Sequence record: PP456877.1
DNA length: 64,000 bases
Direction: 5' to 3' (one strand)
In this document: piece by piece, positions 19,822 through 30,786 of the stretch
Layout of the letters: every line of letters starts with the position of its first letter
Position numbering within the stretch: position 1 is the first letter of the stretch
Made by a program: the position numbers and the translations under genes
Notes under the pieces: model-generated
Told to the model about the DNA's origin: nothing
Database searches by the model: none
The model's input: only the letters and a program-made list of their open reading frames with translations

Positions 19822-21261
19822 ATGTTTGGTAAACATTTCGAACGTCCAGCTTTCCGACCGGCTCTTAACATCGGATGCCTTATGGACATTTCAACTGGTA
19901 AGTATGAACAAGGTAAGCATGGTGAAATGATTCTAAATGGTGGTATGGGATCACTAACTGGTATTGCTTCACGACCTAACAATTTTAAAACTGCATTAGG
20001 TATCTACCTCATGGCAATGATGCGCCGTGCTTTCCCCGGTGCACATGCAATGACTTACGATACAGAAGGTACATTAAACCCAGGTGCTCGATTTACATCT
20101 TTAGCACAAGCTTATCCTGAGCTAGCTGCTATCGATTGGGAAAATGATGAGCAATACATGTTTACTGACTTATCTCGTTATACTGGGGATGAGTGGTTCA
20201 AAATCTTCCGCGATGCATTATCTGAAAAAGAAAAGGCTGAAAAAGATTATCTACGTACTACCCCATTTCTTGATGTGAATGGTAATAATAAGAAAGCACT
20301 GTACCCAACTGGCGGGTTCATTGATAGTTTCTCAAAGTTCATTGTCTCAGCTGTGTCTGAAATGTATGCTAAAAATGCTATCGGTGATTCTAAAGTAAAC
20401 ACTGATGCAATGACTAATGGTAAAGCTAAGAATCAGTTATTTAACCAGCTACCGCAGATCTGTGCTAAAACCAGTACATACATGATTCTCACTGCACACG
20501 TTGGAGATATCATTCAAATTGAGATGTACCCTACTGATAAACGTAATCTATCGCATATGAAGAAGGATACGGTTCTTAAAGGGGTGTCAGGTGGTTTCTA
20601 CTCTCTACCGAATAATGTGTTTTCTATTGAATCTAATAAACCGTTAGTCAATAAAGAAAAAATGCCTTTATATCCAATTGACAATTCAACTGCTATTGAA
20701 GGCGATACAGATCTACGTATTCTAGAAGTTATTAACTTACGTGGTAAAGGTGGAATTACTGGTCTACCATTCCATCTCATTGTTTCACAAACTGAAGGTA
20801 TTCTTCCATCACTATCAGAATTCCATTATTGCCGTGAAAATGATTGGGGGATTGGTGGTAATAACATTAACTACTTCGTTGAGCTATGTCCTGATATCAA
20901 ACTAAGTCGGACCACTGTTCGTAAGAAATTGATGGATAACCCTGCTCTACAACGAGCTGTTGAAATCCAATCTGAAATGCTACAATTAATTCAATTCCAA
21001 CGTTGGAATCTTGGAGATTATGTAGTAACGCCAGCTGAGCTATATGCTGATCTTAAAGTAATGGGTTATGATTGGGATATTATTCTTAATAATACTCGTG
21101 GCTATTGGATGTTCGAAGAAGACGAACAGTTTAGTGATAAAAAATTCCTATCCACGTATGACCTACTACGTATGCGTAAAAGTGAATATAAACCATACTG
21201 GATGACTGACGAAGAAAAAGCTAAAATTGTACCTCTTGAACTAGCTAAAGCAAAAGCTTAA
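19822..21261 (+). CDS. recA: RecA/UvsX-like recombinase (gp152-like)
   Basis: P-loop GIASRPNNFKT, YDTEG and FIDS motifs of the RecA fold. Confidence 0.8.
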   Translation: MFGKHFERPAFRPALNIGCLMDISTGKYEQGKHGEMILNGGMGSLTGIASRPNNFKTALGIYLMAMMRRAFPGAHAMTYDTEGTLNPGARFTSLAQAYPELAAIDWENDEQYMFTDLSRYTGDEWFKIFRDALSEKEKAEKDYLRTTPFLDVNGNNKKALYPTGGFIDSFSKFIVSAVSEMYAKNAIGDSKVNTDAMTNGKAKNQLFNQLPQICAKTSTYMILTAHVGDIIQIEMYPTDKRNLSHMKKDTVLKGVSGGFYSLPNNVFSIESNKPLVNKEKMPLYPIDNSTAIEGDTDLRILEVINLRGKGGITGLPFHLIVSQTEGILPSLSEFHYCRENDWGIGGNNINYFVELCPDIKLSRTTVRKKLMDNPALQRAVEIQSEMLQLIQFQRWNLGDYVVTPAELYADLKVMGYDWDIILNNTRGYWMFEEDEQFSDKKFLSTYDLLRMRKSEYKPYWMTDEEKAKIVPLELAKAKA

Positions 21262-21292
21262 TGTTAGTATAGATGTTATCGCCAGTTTCAAA

Positions 21293-21324
21293 ATAACTAG
21301 GGGTCAATAAGATCCCTAGTTATG
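21293..21324 (+). terminator. Hairpin terminator
   Basis: ATAACTAGGG...CCCTAGTTAT-G. Confidence 0.6.
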
Positions 21325-21337
21325 TCAGGTTTGGTAT

Positions 21338-21688
21338 ATGAATGTTTACACTTATCAGATAGCTAAATATAAGTTAGTTATAGAGAAAGGAATAAAACCT
21401 CTAGACATAACTGTTAAATCAGGTGCGTATCAACTCGCACCTACTTGGTTAATGGTTATGGGACATAAGAAAGGAATTATATCAGATGATGAATACACTG
21501 AAGCATATCTCAGTATGTTAGAGCAATCATTGATTGATAATCCAGAATTCTTTAAATGGTTCTTCCAATTAGAGGAAGTAGCATTAGGTTGTTATTGTCG
21601 CGCTGGTAATTTCTGTCACCGGCATTTATTAGTAGAATGGCTTGAAACAAAAACAGAGGTCATTTACTGTGGTGAGATATCAAAGTAA
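21338..21688 (+). CDS. DUF488-family protein
   Basis: LAPTW...Y...Y and LGCYC...FCHR motifs. Confidence 0.7.
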   Translation: MNVYTYQIAKYKLVIEKGIKPLDITVKSGAYQLAPTWLMVMGHKKGIISDDEYTEAYLSMLEQSLIDNPEFFKWFFQLEEVALGCYCRAGNFCHRHLLVEWLETKTEVIYCGEISK

Positions 21689-21711
21689 AATAAAGACCCT
21701 AAGGAACTATA

Positions 21712-22032
21712 ATGAAAACTACAGAAGATTATCGTTTAACACTTTGTCAACGTCTACGAATGTTTGATGTTGAACTATCAGAAGATCTATTACGTCGATT
21801 ACCAGTGTGTACAGATGTACCCACTTTATCAGCTTGCTTTCAACAACTATTAGCTCAATACCCTAGTCAGACGTTGACAGCTAGAACTACCATTGATGAT
21901 TCAGTCACCTTTGAAGTATGGTATGCTAATTTTCTAGCCAACATATTACCAATTCTTAAGAGGCATAGGTTGCCTCCATGTACTGACCAGAATTCAATAC
22001 CTGTCTATCAAGGGGTATCTCGCTCAAGCTAA
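21712..22032 (+). CDS. Hypothetical protein (gp150-like)
   Basis: 106 aa; AAGGA RBS. Confidence 0.75.
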   Translation: MKTTEDYRLTLCQRLRMFDVELSEDLLRRLPVCTDVPTLSACFQQLLAQYPSQTLTARTTIDDSVTFEVWYANFLANILPILKRHRLPPCTDQNSIPVYQGVSRSS

Positions 22033-22064
22033 TGGTATGTTAAACAACCTTAAAGGAAATTACC

Positions 22065-22739
22065 ATGACTAAACGAGAATTGGTAGAAAAAGAATGCCTA
22101 TGGATTATTGACATGTTTCTACCTGGTAGTAGTAATGTTGATATCTATAAAGAAATGTTTGCACGAATGAATGATGAGGAATTTGAGGAGTGGATTAATA
22201 AGTTAGATTCTGGTGAAGAGATGTTGGCATTATATGCTCCTAACTTATGCGCTAAGCCTAAATTAACTATTAAGCGAAATTATAAAGTTGCTAAAGCGAT
22301 TGGTCATAATTTATTCCAACACATCATTTTAACTGACCCAGGTACTGGCCAGGTATATCGAACTGCTAATAAACATTTAGTTGGTTTAATACCAATCCGT
22401 CGTCAAGTACAAATGCTTGAGAAAAAGAAAAGTATTCCAGGTTCTAGTCATGTGATTGACCAGAGGTCAGGGCAAGTAACTGGTGATTCTAAAGGATCAC
22501 GTATGTCTGCACCAGAGATTCAGGTTAACGCTTCAAAAGGTCTCCGTTATTCCATGATTGAATTCATGAAACTACGTGGTGGTGACCAGAAAGCATATAA
22601 TGCAATGAACCGCTCTATTATCGAAACTGGTAGTGCTTCTGTTGATTCCATCATGTCTACTTATGATACTACTGTGCAATCTAATAAAACATTTGCATGT
22701 TATCTAAAAGGCATGATGTTACAAAATAACTTGGTGTAA
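22065..22739 (+). CDS. rpoB: Virion RNA polymerase beta-like C-terminal subunit (gp149-like)
   Basis: DQRSGQVTGDSKGSRMSAPEIQV aligns with the beta motif [21 protein letters not shown]; fragment only. Confidence 0.82.
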   Translation: MTKRELVEKECLWIIDMFLPGSSNVDIYKEMFARMNDEEFEEWINKLDSGEEMLALYAPNLCAKPKLTIKRNYKVAKAIGHNLFQHIILTDPGTGQVYRTANKHLVGLIPIRRQVQMLEKKKSIPGSSHVIDQRSGQVTGDSKGSRMSAPEIQVNASKGLRYSMIEFMKLRGGDQKAYNAMNRSIIETGSASVDSIMSTYDTTVQSNKTFACYLKGMMLQNNLV

Positions 22740-22741
22740 CT

Positions 22742-23248
22742 ATGAATAATCGCCAGATTTACGAAGATATGTGTGAAGCTTTAATTGTATCTAATACTGA
22801 GTTAGTAAATGGATACAGTGCTGAAATCATTGCGGATATTTTGGATTTACTAAATAACTGGAGTACTAATACCCATTGGTATCACATTGCTGATAAAACA
22901 GTTATTAGGGATATCTGGAATTTATTCCGTAACAAAGGTAATCGTCTTCAACCCATCTTAAGTTTAGTTAGTCGATTTAAGATGGCTGTTACTGATTGGG
23001 ATGGTGTGGTGGAATTACTAGCTAATTCTATTTATCCTTATCAACCTAATTCAACTATTGTTGACCAAGAGATGTTAGCGCGATTAATTCCACGAAAAGA
23101 ATTAACTGACATTTTATACCAAAATGATTGGTTAGTTTGGATTATTTGTCAATGTTTAAATATCCGTTATATTACTAATATGGTTGAATCTATCCCAGTT
23201 CAAGCTAAGCCATCTAAAAAGAAGGCGGTAAATAATAATGTTTCGTAA
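22742..23248 (+). CDS. Hypothetical protein (gp148-like)
   Basis: 168 aa; tightly packed in the operon. Confidence 0.75.
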   Translation: MNNRQIYEDMCEALIVSNTELVNGYSAEIIADILDLLNNWSTNTHWYHIADKTVIRDIWNLFRNKGNRLQPILSLVSRFKMAVTDWDGVVELLANSIYPYQPNSTIVDQEMLARLIPRKELTDILYQNDWLVWIICQCLNIRYITNMVESIPVQAKPSKKKAVNNNVS

Positions 23249-23954
23249 AATCTTAATTGATCTTGACTCACTATTAGATACACGGTTAGGAACCATTAGG
23301 TTACTAAATAAAGATGCAGCTAATAAGCTTGTTACCAATGGTCAAATTTACTGGCATAGGGAAATGGATGATTGGACTAAACTAACAGATGGTTTAGTAA
23401 CTAATGAACAATTTGTCGAAGCTTATTCTAAACGTGGTGGTGAAAATACTGCTGACACTATCAATAGTTCTATATTCACTGGTATCATTCCATTTATTAT
23501 TCAATTAATAGCCCAATCAGATTTGAATAGATTAGATGGTATAGTTAATGCTAATTTTGAAACATGTCTTGAAGTCAATATCTGGCCATATGAATTGACA
23601 CCAGATGCTCAAGATGAATTACTATACTGCTTACATAAGTACATTGGTGATCATATTCAGATCACCCTGATTAATACTCCATTAACAGACCTTACTTGTT
23701 CTAGATTAAACTCTATCTATTCAATGGCGATTATGTATAATTTTGGAGAATGGTGTAAAACCCATGTTCTTGAATTAGGACAAGTGTTGATGCCTGACTT
23801 TACTATTATTGGTCCAAAGCTATTTGAGAAAGATGTAAGTGAATTAGCTGTTGAAGATAAACAGTTTATTATCATGGATTTCCAGTTAAAGCATAAACTT
23901 AATATCGACTTTGATTTCATCGATGCTGAATACTTTTCCATGTTTAAGCCATGA
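23238..23954 (+). CDS. Hypothetical protein with HAD-like N-terminus (gp147-like)
   Basis: ILIDLDSLLD resembles HAD motif I. Confidence 0.7.
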   Translation: MFRKILIDLDSLLDTRLGTIRLLNKDAANKLVTNGQIYWHREMDDWTKLTDGLVTNEQFVEAYSKRGGENTADTINSSIFTGIIPFIIQLIAQSDLNRLDGIVNANFETCLEVNIWPYELTPDAQDELLYCLHKYIGDHIQITLINTPLTDLTCSRLNSIYSMAIMYNFGEWCKTHVLELGQVLMPDFTIIGPKLFEKDVSELAVEDKQFIIMDFQLKHKLNIDFDFIDAEYFSMFKP

Positions 23955-23960
23955 TACCCA

Positions 23961-23996
23961 ATAGAAAGCCCTATTAGGGCTTTCTATGCTTTTTTT
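23961..23996 (+). terminator. Intrinsic terminator
   Basis: 13-bp perfect inverted repeat ATAGAAAGCCCTA/TAGGGCTTTCTAT followed by GC and T7. Confidence 0.8.
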
Positions 23997-24055
23997 AGAT
24001 ATAACTGGTATGACGGCATGGTTAACAATGAATCAACCTTAAAAGACAAAATAAA

Positions 24056-24081
24056 GCCCTCCCCGAAGGGAGGGCAATATG
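24056..24081 (-). terminator. Hairpin terminator
   Basis: GCCCTCCC-cgaa-GGGAGGGC; UUCG loop on the minus strand. Confidence 0.8.
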
Positions 24082-24086
24082 TCGTT

Positions 24087-27000
24087 TTAAATAACAGCAC
24101 CTTTGGAAACTATCCAGTTAGTACCATCCCATAAGAGGGTAAGAACTGTTTTAGTATCACCTAGGTCATCTACTATTACTGGAGTACCATTGTTCCATTG
24201 TAACACTGCACTAGACAGTGTTGGCATAGCTACCTTACCAAGCAATACAAGAACAGCTGTGATCATGCGATCAACAGGTCCATTCTCTAGTGTAATGGTT
24301 TGGTTAGCAGCAGTTTGAACCCTATAGCACTGCTGGTTAGCAGGTGTTATAGTCAGAGCTGTACCAGTGAATGTACTTGATTTTAGGCTATATGCATCGA
24401 ATGATTTATCTAGCTTCTTCCAAGTAATATTAGTACCAGTACGGCTACGTAGCCAATCACCATCAGCGGTTACATCATTATTCGGACCTTGGAATAGAGT
24501 CCATGATTTAGCCGCAGCATTACGTAGGAATAGTTGTCCACTAGTAGCATCAGCTTGATCAACTATAATAGTTACAGGTGTCCATTTAGAACCACTAGCT
24601 GTTTTCTCACGTACATAGTTAGTGCCATTAGCACCTTCACTAGGTACTTCACCAATAACTGCGGCTGGTACAGCTACCCATTCACCATTTTGCATACCCA
24701 TTAGAGTATCATCGGTTTGCAGAGGTGCTACATCAACCCAGTTACCAGCTACACGACCTTGAGGCTTAGTAGCTTGTGCAGTATCGCGTACTACATCTGA
24801 AGGAATTTCTGGGAATGTAATGGTAGCCCATTCAGTTTCACCCCCTGCAATACCTTTACGAACGTATTGTGCATTAACAACTGGACTAGGTACAGCATCA
24901 ATGGCAGGTGTTGGTAATTCAATAGCAGTCCATTCAACAGCCCCGTCAGCGGTTGCTTTACGGCGACCATAGAAGACACCTACTTCAGCATCTACCACCT
25001 CATCAACAGGTAGTTCAGTCCAACCGAGTTTGTACCGAACCATTTTCTTATCGACATCTTCTGGATCGACTTCACTAACTGGAACTGACATTAATTTGTA
25101 GAATACAACCCAGTTAGCATCTTTATACCAAACGGTACCAGTTTTGTCGATACACCAGTCACCACGATTACCATCGATAGAAGTGGGTGCAGTTTGACCT
25201 TCAGGTAGAATTACCCAAGAGGATCCACGTTCACCTTTCTGACCGGTTTTACCAGGGATACCTGGAACACCTTGTTTGCCCTCAGGACCTTCAGGACCCT
25301 GCGGACCCATGGCTAAGACACCTAGGCTTTCCCAAGTAAATGTACCTTCAGTATCGATACTTACAAATACTTCTACTTGTCCTTCAGTATTGGTGCGAAT
25401 GGCAATACCTTTACCTACGTTATCAGCAGATGCTACTGGTTTACCAGCATCATCACCAACATAGATAATTAATAGACCACCACCTTGTTTACCTTCAGGA
25501 CCTTGTGGGCCTTCGACACCCTGGATACCCTGCTCACCATTTAGATTAATTGGGCCGATATAGCCATCAATTTCCTGACCTTGGTAAGTATAGAGCATTG
25601 TACCTTCGTTAGTTTCAACCCAGTATGAATCACCAGTTACTAAGTCAGGATCAGTGTCTTTCTTTGGTAGTTGTGAAGCATCGGTTAAAACACCTTTAAT
25701 GTTTAAACCTTCACCCGGTTTACCTTGCGGACCTGCCATAATACCAATGCTAGTCCAGCGACTACCGTCCATGTTAACAAATACTTCGCCCGTGGACTTA
25801 ACAGTATATGCTTTCCATTGGTTATCGGCAAGTGCTTCTGGTGGGGTATCTTCAGGAGTGTCAATCGCTGCGATGATCTGGATAGGTTCACCAGCGGGAC
25901 CTTGTGGGCCTTCTGGTCCCTCGGGTCCTTCTGGTCCCTGATCACCGTCTTTACCAGGTGCGCCATCTTCACCTTTAGGACCTCGATGTGTACCACTATT
26001 TACCCAATTACCATCTATCTTAACAAATAAGGTAGATGTGTCTTGTGTGAAGTACGCTGCCTGATCAGGAGCATCTGCCGGCAGGGCTGCCTCATTGGCA
26101 ACAGCACCAGTAATAACTACGTTCTTACCATGTAGACTGATTAACCATTCACCCTCAGTACCAGTGAAGCCATTGTCCAATGCTACTTGGAAAGCCGATT
26201 TACCTTGTGCCCCTGGTTCACCAGGTAGACCTTGTTCGCCATCTTCACCTTGCGGACCTTCAGGGCCCTGCGGGCCACGGAATGAACCCATGGCTGTCCA
26301 TGAGATATCAACAGTCGGATCTTGGCCAGTCAGTACATAAACCGTATTGGTGGAACGTACTGAAACACCTTGGTATTGTTCTACACCAGTGGTGGTTAAT
26401 AGATCATCAGCAGTTTCAACTGCTTTAACTACTTCTAAGTTACGACCTTGTGGACCAGGTTCACCTTGTTTACCATCGGGACCCGGATCACCTGTATTAC
26501 CTGGTTTACCTTGTGGGCCCTCAGGGCCTTGGAAAGTACCTAGGTCTGACCATGCCCCTTTTACAAAGATGAATAGATGTTCTGGTTTACCAGCTTCCAT
26601 AGTAACTAAGTATGCTTCTGATTCTTTAGCTACAGATGGATCAGGTAAATCAGCTGGTGATGGTAGTGAATCCTTAATGGTAAACGGCATTGCTGGTTCA
26701 CCCTGAGGACCTTCAGGACCAATTTCACCATCTTTACCTTGCGGACCCTCAGGGCCCTCAGGTCCACGTTCACCCTGTGGTGTAACTGGGAACCAATCAT
26801 AGTCATCAATAGTTGGATTCTCTGGCGGATTATTACCTGAGATAAGCATCCACGCCCAGAGTTGATTATTCCATGAATAAGCATCTCCAGGTTTATTACT
26901 TTCAGTCTTAGGTAATTCTAAGTTATTAGGCCAACGACCACGGATAACTAGACCAGTACCATCTGGACCACGAAGTGAACCTGTTTCAACCCAACGACCT

Positions 27001-27368
27001 TTTACAGGGGGGTCTTCATTACCTAGCGGTGATTCCCACACCCATAGCCGATCTTCAACGAACCAAGCATCACCGACATTATGCGTATCTAATGGTTTAA
27101 TATCTTGTTCGAATGTTGCTAGATCAACATTAGCGATAATGTTAATAGCCGGACCAACTGGGCCAGGAGGGCCTTGTTCGCCATCTTTACCCGGCTGACC
27201 ATCTTCACCCTTTAATCCAGGTATAGTAACAGGATCAACGAAAGTAGTATTAAGACCCACCCCGGTAGAAACCGGGATGTGTCCATTAACTACAGAAGTG
27301 GGCTCATCAATTGATGATACCCGTTTGGGGAGTTCCCCGTTTACATAATCTTCAAATGCAGAAGCCAT
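24087..27368 (-). CDS. Collagen-like fibre protein (gp146-like)
   Basis: 1093 aa; about nine Gly-X-Y blocks alternating with Trp-containing globular units; TAATG coupling to the upstream gene. Confidence 0.85.
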   Translation of the reverse strand: MASAFEDYVNGELPKRVSSIDEPTSVVNGHIPVSTGVGLNTTFVDPVTIPGLKGEDGQPGKDGEQGPPGPVGPAINIIANVDLATFEQDIKPLDTHNVGDAWFVEDRLWVWESPLGNEDPPVKGRWVETGSLRGPDGTGLVIRGRWPNNLELPKTESNKPGDAYSWNNQLWAWMLISGNNPPENPTIDDYDWFPVTPQGERGPEGPEGPQGKDGEIGPEGPQGEPAMPFTIKDSLPSPADLPDPSVAKESEAYLVTMEAGKPEHLFIFVKGAWSDLGTFQGPEGPQGKPGNTGDPGPDGKQGEPGPQGRNLEVVKAVETADDLLTTTGVEQYQGVSVRSTNTVYVLTGQDPTVDISWTAMGSFRGPQGPEGPQGEDGEQGLPGEPGAQGKSAFQVALDNGFTGTEGEWLISLHGKNVVITGAVANEAALPADAPDQAAYFTQDTSTLFVKIDGNWVNSGTHRGPKGEDGAPGKDGDQGPEGPEGPEGPQGPAGEPIQIIAAIDTPEDTPPEALADNQWKAYTVKSTGEVFVNMDGSRWTSIGIMAGPQGKPGEGLNIKGVLTDASQLPKKDTDPDLVTGDSYWVETNEGTMLYTYQGQEIDGYIGPINLNGEQGIQGVEGPQGPEGKQGGGLLIIYVGDDAGKPVASADNVGKGIAIRTNTEGQVEVFVSIDTEGTFTWESLGVLAMGPQGPEGPEGKQGVPGIPGKTGQKGERGSSWVILPEGQTAPTSIDGNRGDWCIDKTGTVWYKDANWVVFYKLMSVPVSEVDPEDVDKKMVRYKLGWTELPVDEVVDAEVGVFYGRRKATADGAVEWTAIELPTPAIDAVPSPVVNAQYVRKGIAGGETEWATITFPEIPSDVVRDTAQATKPQGRVAGNWVDVAPLQTDDTLMGMQNGEWVAVPAAVIGEVPSEGANGTNYVREKTASGSKWTPVTIIVDQADATSGQLFLRNAAAKSWTLFQGPNNDVTADGDWLRSRTGTNITWKKLDKSFDAYSLKSSTFTGTALTITPANQQCYRVQTAANQTITLENGPVDRMITAVLVLLGKVAMPTLSSAVLQWNNGTPVIVDDLGDTKTVLTLLWDGTNWIVSKGAVI

Positions 27369-29737
27369 TATACTACTTCCTCAAGTTCGATTTTCATCAG
27401 TCCAGTGGTGTTGGACACAGCGTTTGCTGAGTCACAGTTATACCACTTATTGCCATCCTTGATGGTGTAGGTGTCAACTTGATTTGCATCATCCGCCTTA
27501 TAAGTGAAGTTTAAGCTACCAGTAGAACCTTTAGATAGGTTACTGCAACGTAGTTTACCAGTATTGGTTACTTCAGTACCAATATCAGTTTCACGGTTCG
27601 GCCAAGCAGCCACACTTAGAGTGCGGAATACAAATCCACCTAGTACATAAGTACCACCATTTACACTATTAGCTTCAACACCAGCTAAACCTTTTAGAAC
27701 CACACTGTTAAAATCGTAGGTTCCTTTAGGATCATCGTCATGTACTAGTAATGCACGTGTCCATACCTTACCAGTGGCATCAGATTTCCAATCCTCAGTA
27801 GCCCACTTACCGCCAGGCGCATTCATGGCCGGAGCTGCACTTAGTTTCTGAGTAGAGGTTAAAGTAATGACATGACTTTGTACTTGGGTTCCAAAGTTAC
27901 CACCTGAACGAAGGCGAGCAGCAGGGTAGGTAACCGTCGCAGTAGGTGCCGCATTTGCAATAGCCACAACAGCAGTAGCTGTAGCTACACTACCATTAGC
28001 TGCACGTTTAGCAGTAATTAATAGGTTATTAGTGCTGTCGTTATAAGTACCTGACTTATAAGTAACTACCTTAGCAATTTCTGCTTCATTTGCACTGGTT
28101 ATAGTAAGCTGATCATTTGGTGAGGAATAAACCACACTATCAGCATTAGATACCGTATTGGCTACAGTAGCAGTTTCACCTACTTTAATAGCACTTTGAC
28201 CAGACGGATAAGTTACTTGACCAATATTAACAACTGGGCGAAGATCGTTTAACTGCATAGTGTTAATTTTATCTTCGGAACCAGCATCACTGGAAGTAAA
28301 CCATTCTGACCATGATCCAGTTGATTTCTGAACACGTACACGGAAACCATATGCCTTAGTAGTATTACCACGATCAGCTACGTAAAGACCAGTAACCTCT
28401 AGTTCTTTAGTAGGTGCAACAGTACCACTACTTTCTTTCAGTGCACCAAAGTCAGCAATTTCGTATGCTACTATATTTTCATCAGTAACAACTTTAATTG
28501 CAACAAGGTCATCTTCTTTAAGTTCTATTTGACCTAACGGATAACCGCCAGTAAATACAGCACTAGTAATATTAGCGGGAGTATCGGCTAATACCTTAGT
28601 AGTGAATTTAGCCCCATCGGCGTGTTCTACAACAATATCAGCATAACCTTCAGTAGTAGGTGCACCAAGATCAATATCGGCGGTAGCAATCCACATAGGT
28701 GGATTAACGCCAGGAGTTACAACTGCATCTACGTTATTGATTTTAACACTAGGTACATAACTAGAATGTCCAGTTATTGCATCAACGATAACCCGAACAT
28801 TACTAGTAGTCGATAGGCATGACTGTACGCTGTGTCCATCAGGGGTACGCACAATACTACCTACGTTCTGACTGGGATCAGTTGCTTGTACATCTTTGAC
28901 GAATACACCGCCACTAATACCTTCGTTTTTAGGAAGGTTCTTAAGATCAACAATTGTTTCATCAACGCCTTCAACAATACGGATATTGCCGTCATTCTTG
29001 AATGCAATGTAATCAGTTAAACTACCAATCTGGAATTCACCATTGTCATAAATACGAATTTCAGACTCAGGTAATTCGGGTAATGCACCTTGCGTAGTGG
29101 GTGCAGAGGCGTTCTTTAGATAAGAATAACCTTCTGCCTCCATACGACCTTGTTCCATCATACGCTGAGGTACTTTATCACCAGCAGTTAAGTCGTCTTG
29201 ATTTAGACGCTTATCAAACAGGAAAGCAAAGTTATGGAAAGCAGCGTTGGATGATAATCCACCATTCTTACCAGTTACACGCAGTACATCTTTAACTGTA
29301 TAGCCTTGTTGATTTAAGAGTGTCTGGAGTAGTTCAGCAGTCATGGTTGCATGCAGTGATGTTAACCATTCCTGTTCAGTACCTTGGAAACCATTTTCCA
29401 CAGCTACTTCATATGCACTCTTACCAGCATCACCTTTAAGGGATGCTATAAACTCTTCTTCAGTACCAACGAAGCCTAGATCGACTGCGATTTGATAAGA
29501 AGATTTACCTTTAAGCGAATCAAGCCATTCGGTTTCAGTTCCCTGGAAACCATTTTTAACGGCAATCTCGTACGCACTAAGACCGGGTGCCCCAGTCTGT
29601 AGTTTTGACAGCAGAAACTTATAGTTATCGACTTGACCAGCTGCATCGGTATGAATTAATTCAATATACTCGCTATCATTAAGAGTAGCTAGATCCGGCA
29701 GTTGACTGATCTTGCCTTTGTCTGTAGCATTTGCCAT
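27368..29737 (-). CDS. Fibre/structural protein (gp145-like)
   Basis: 789 aa; N-terminal KISQLP module, three GxSAYExAVxxGFxGTExEWL repeats, beta-rich C-terminal half. Confidence 0.8.
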   Translation of the reverse strand: MANATDKGKISQLPDLATLNDSEYIELIHTDAAGQVDNYKFLLSKLQTGAPGLSAYEIAVKNGFQGTETEWLDSLKGKSSYQIAVDLGFVGTEEEFIASLKGDAGKSAYEVAVENGFQGTEQEWLTSLHATMTAELLQTLLNQQGYTVKDVLRVTGKNGGLSSNAAFHNFAFLFDKRLNQDDLTAGDKVPQRMMEQGRMEAEGYSYLKNASAPTTQGALPELPESEIRIYDNGEFQIGSLTDYIAFKNDGNIRIVEGVDETIVDLKNLPKNEGISGGVFVKDVQATDPSQNVGSIVRTPDGHSVQSCLSTTSNVRVIVDAITGHSSYVPSVKINNVDAVVTPGVNPPMWIATADIDLGAPTTEGYADIVVEHADGAKFTTKVLADTPANITSAVFTGGYPLGQIELKEDDLVAIKVVTDENIVAYEIADFGALKESSGTVAPTKELEVTGLYVADRGNTTKAYGFRVRVQKSTGSWSEWFTSSDAGSEDKINTMQLNDLRPVVNIGQVTYPSGQSAIKVGETATVANTVSNADSVVYSSPNDQLTITSANEAEIAKVVTYKSGTYNDSTNNLLITAKRAANGSVATATAVVAIANAAPTATVTYPAARLRSGGNFGTQVQSHVITLTSTQKLSAAPAMNAPGGKWATEDWKSDATGKVWTRALLVHDDDPKGTYDFNSVVLKGLAGVEANSVNGGTYVLGGFVFRTLSVAAWPNRETDIGTEVTNTGKLRCSNLSKGSTGSLNFTYKADDANQVDTYTIKDGNKWYNCDSANAVSNTTGLMKIELEEVV

Positions 29738-29774
29738 TTTTATTTCCTTGCTGTATAAGAAACACTAACATGTT

Positions 29775-29796
29775 AGTCTTTCGAAGAAGACTCATA
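29775..29796 (-). promoter_or_regulatory. Late-type TATG start followed by a 5' hairpin
   Basis: Minus strand reads TATG-AGTCTT-cttcga-AAGACT upstream of gp145. Confidence 0.45.
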
Positions 29797-29834
29797 CAGT
29801 AATGTACTATTGCCAATGAGTAATATTTCAACAA

Positions 29835-29859
29835 CATAAGAGAGTCCCGAAGGACTCTC
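29835..29859 (-). terminator. Endolysin terminator
   Basis: Minus strand reads GAGAGTCC-ttcg-GGACTCTC-TTATG. Confidence 0.75.
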
Positions 29860-29942
29860 AAAAAGTTACATTAGCAAAAGATGTGGTTTATCATGAGGGG
29901 AAGTTTCACATGATACCATAGACTCCATTCTATTGCTACATC

Positions 29943-30764
<822 letters not shown>

Positions 30765-30786
30765 TTAGGTTCATTGAGGGTATTAC

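Noticed and set aside
25276-26706. Plus-strand PSGP/PCGP-rich ORFs
   Set aside because: They are reverse-complement shadows of Gly-Pro-X collagen codons.
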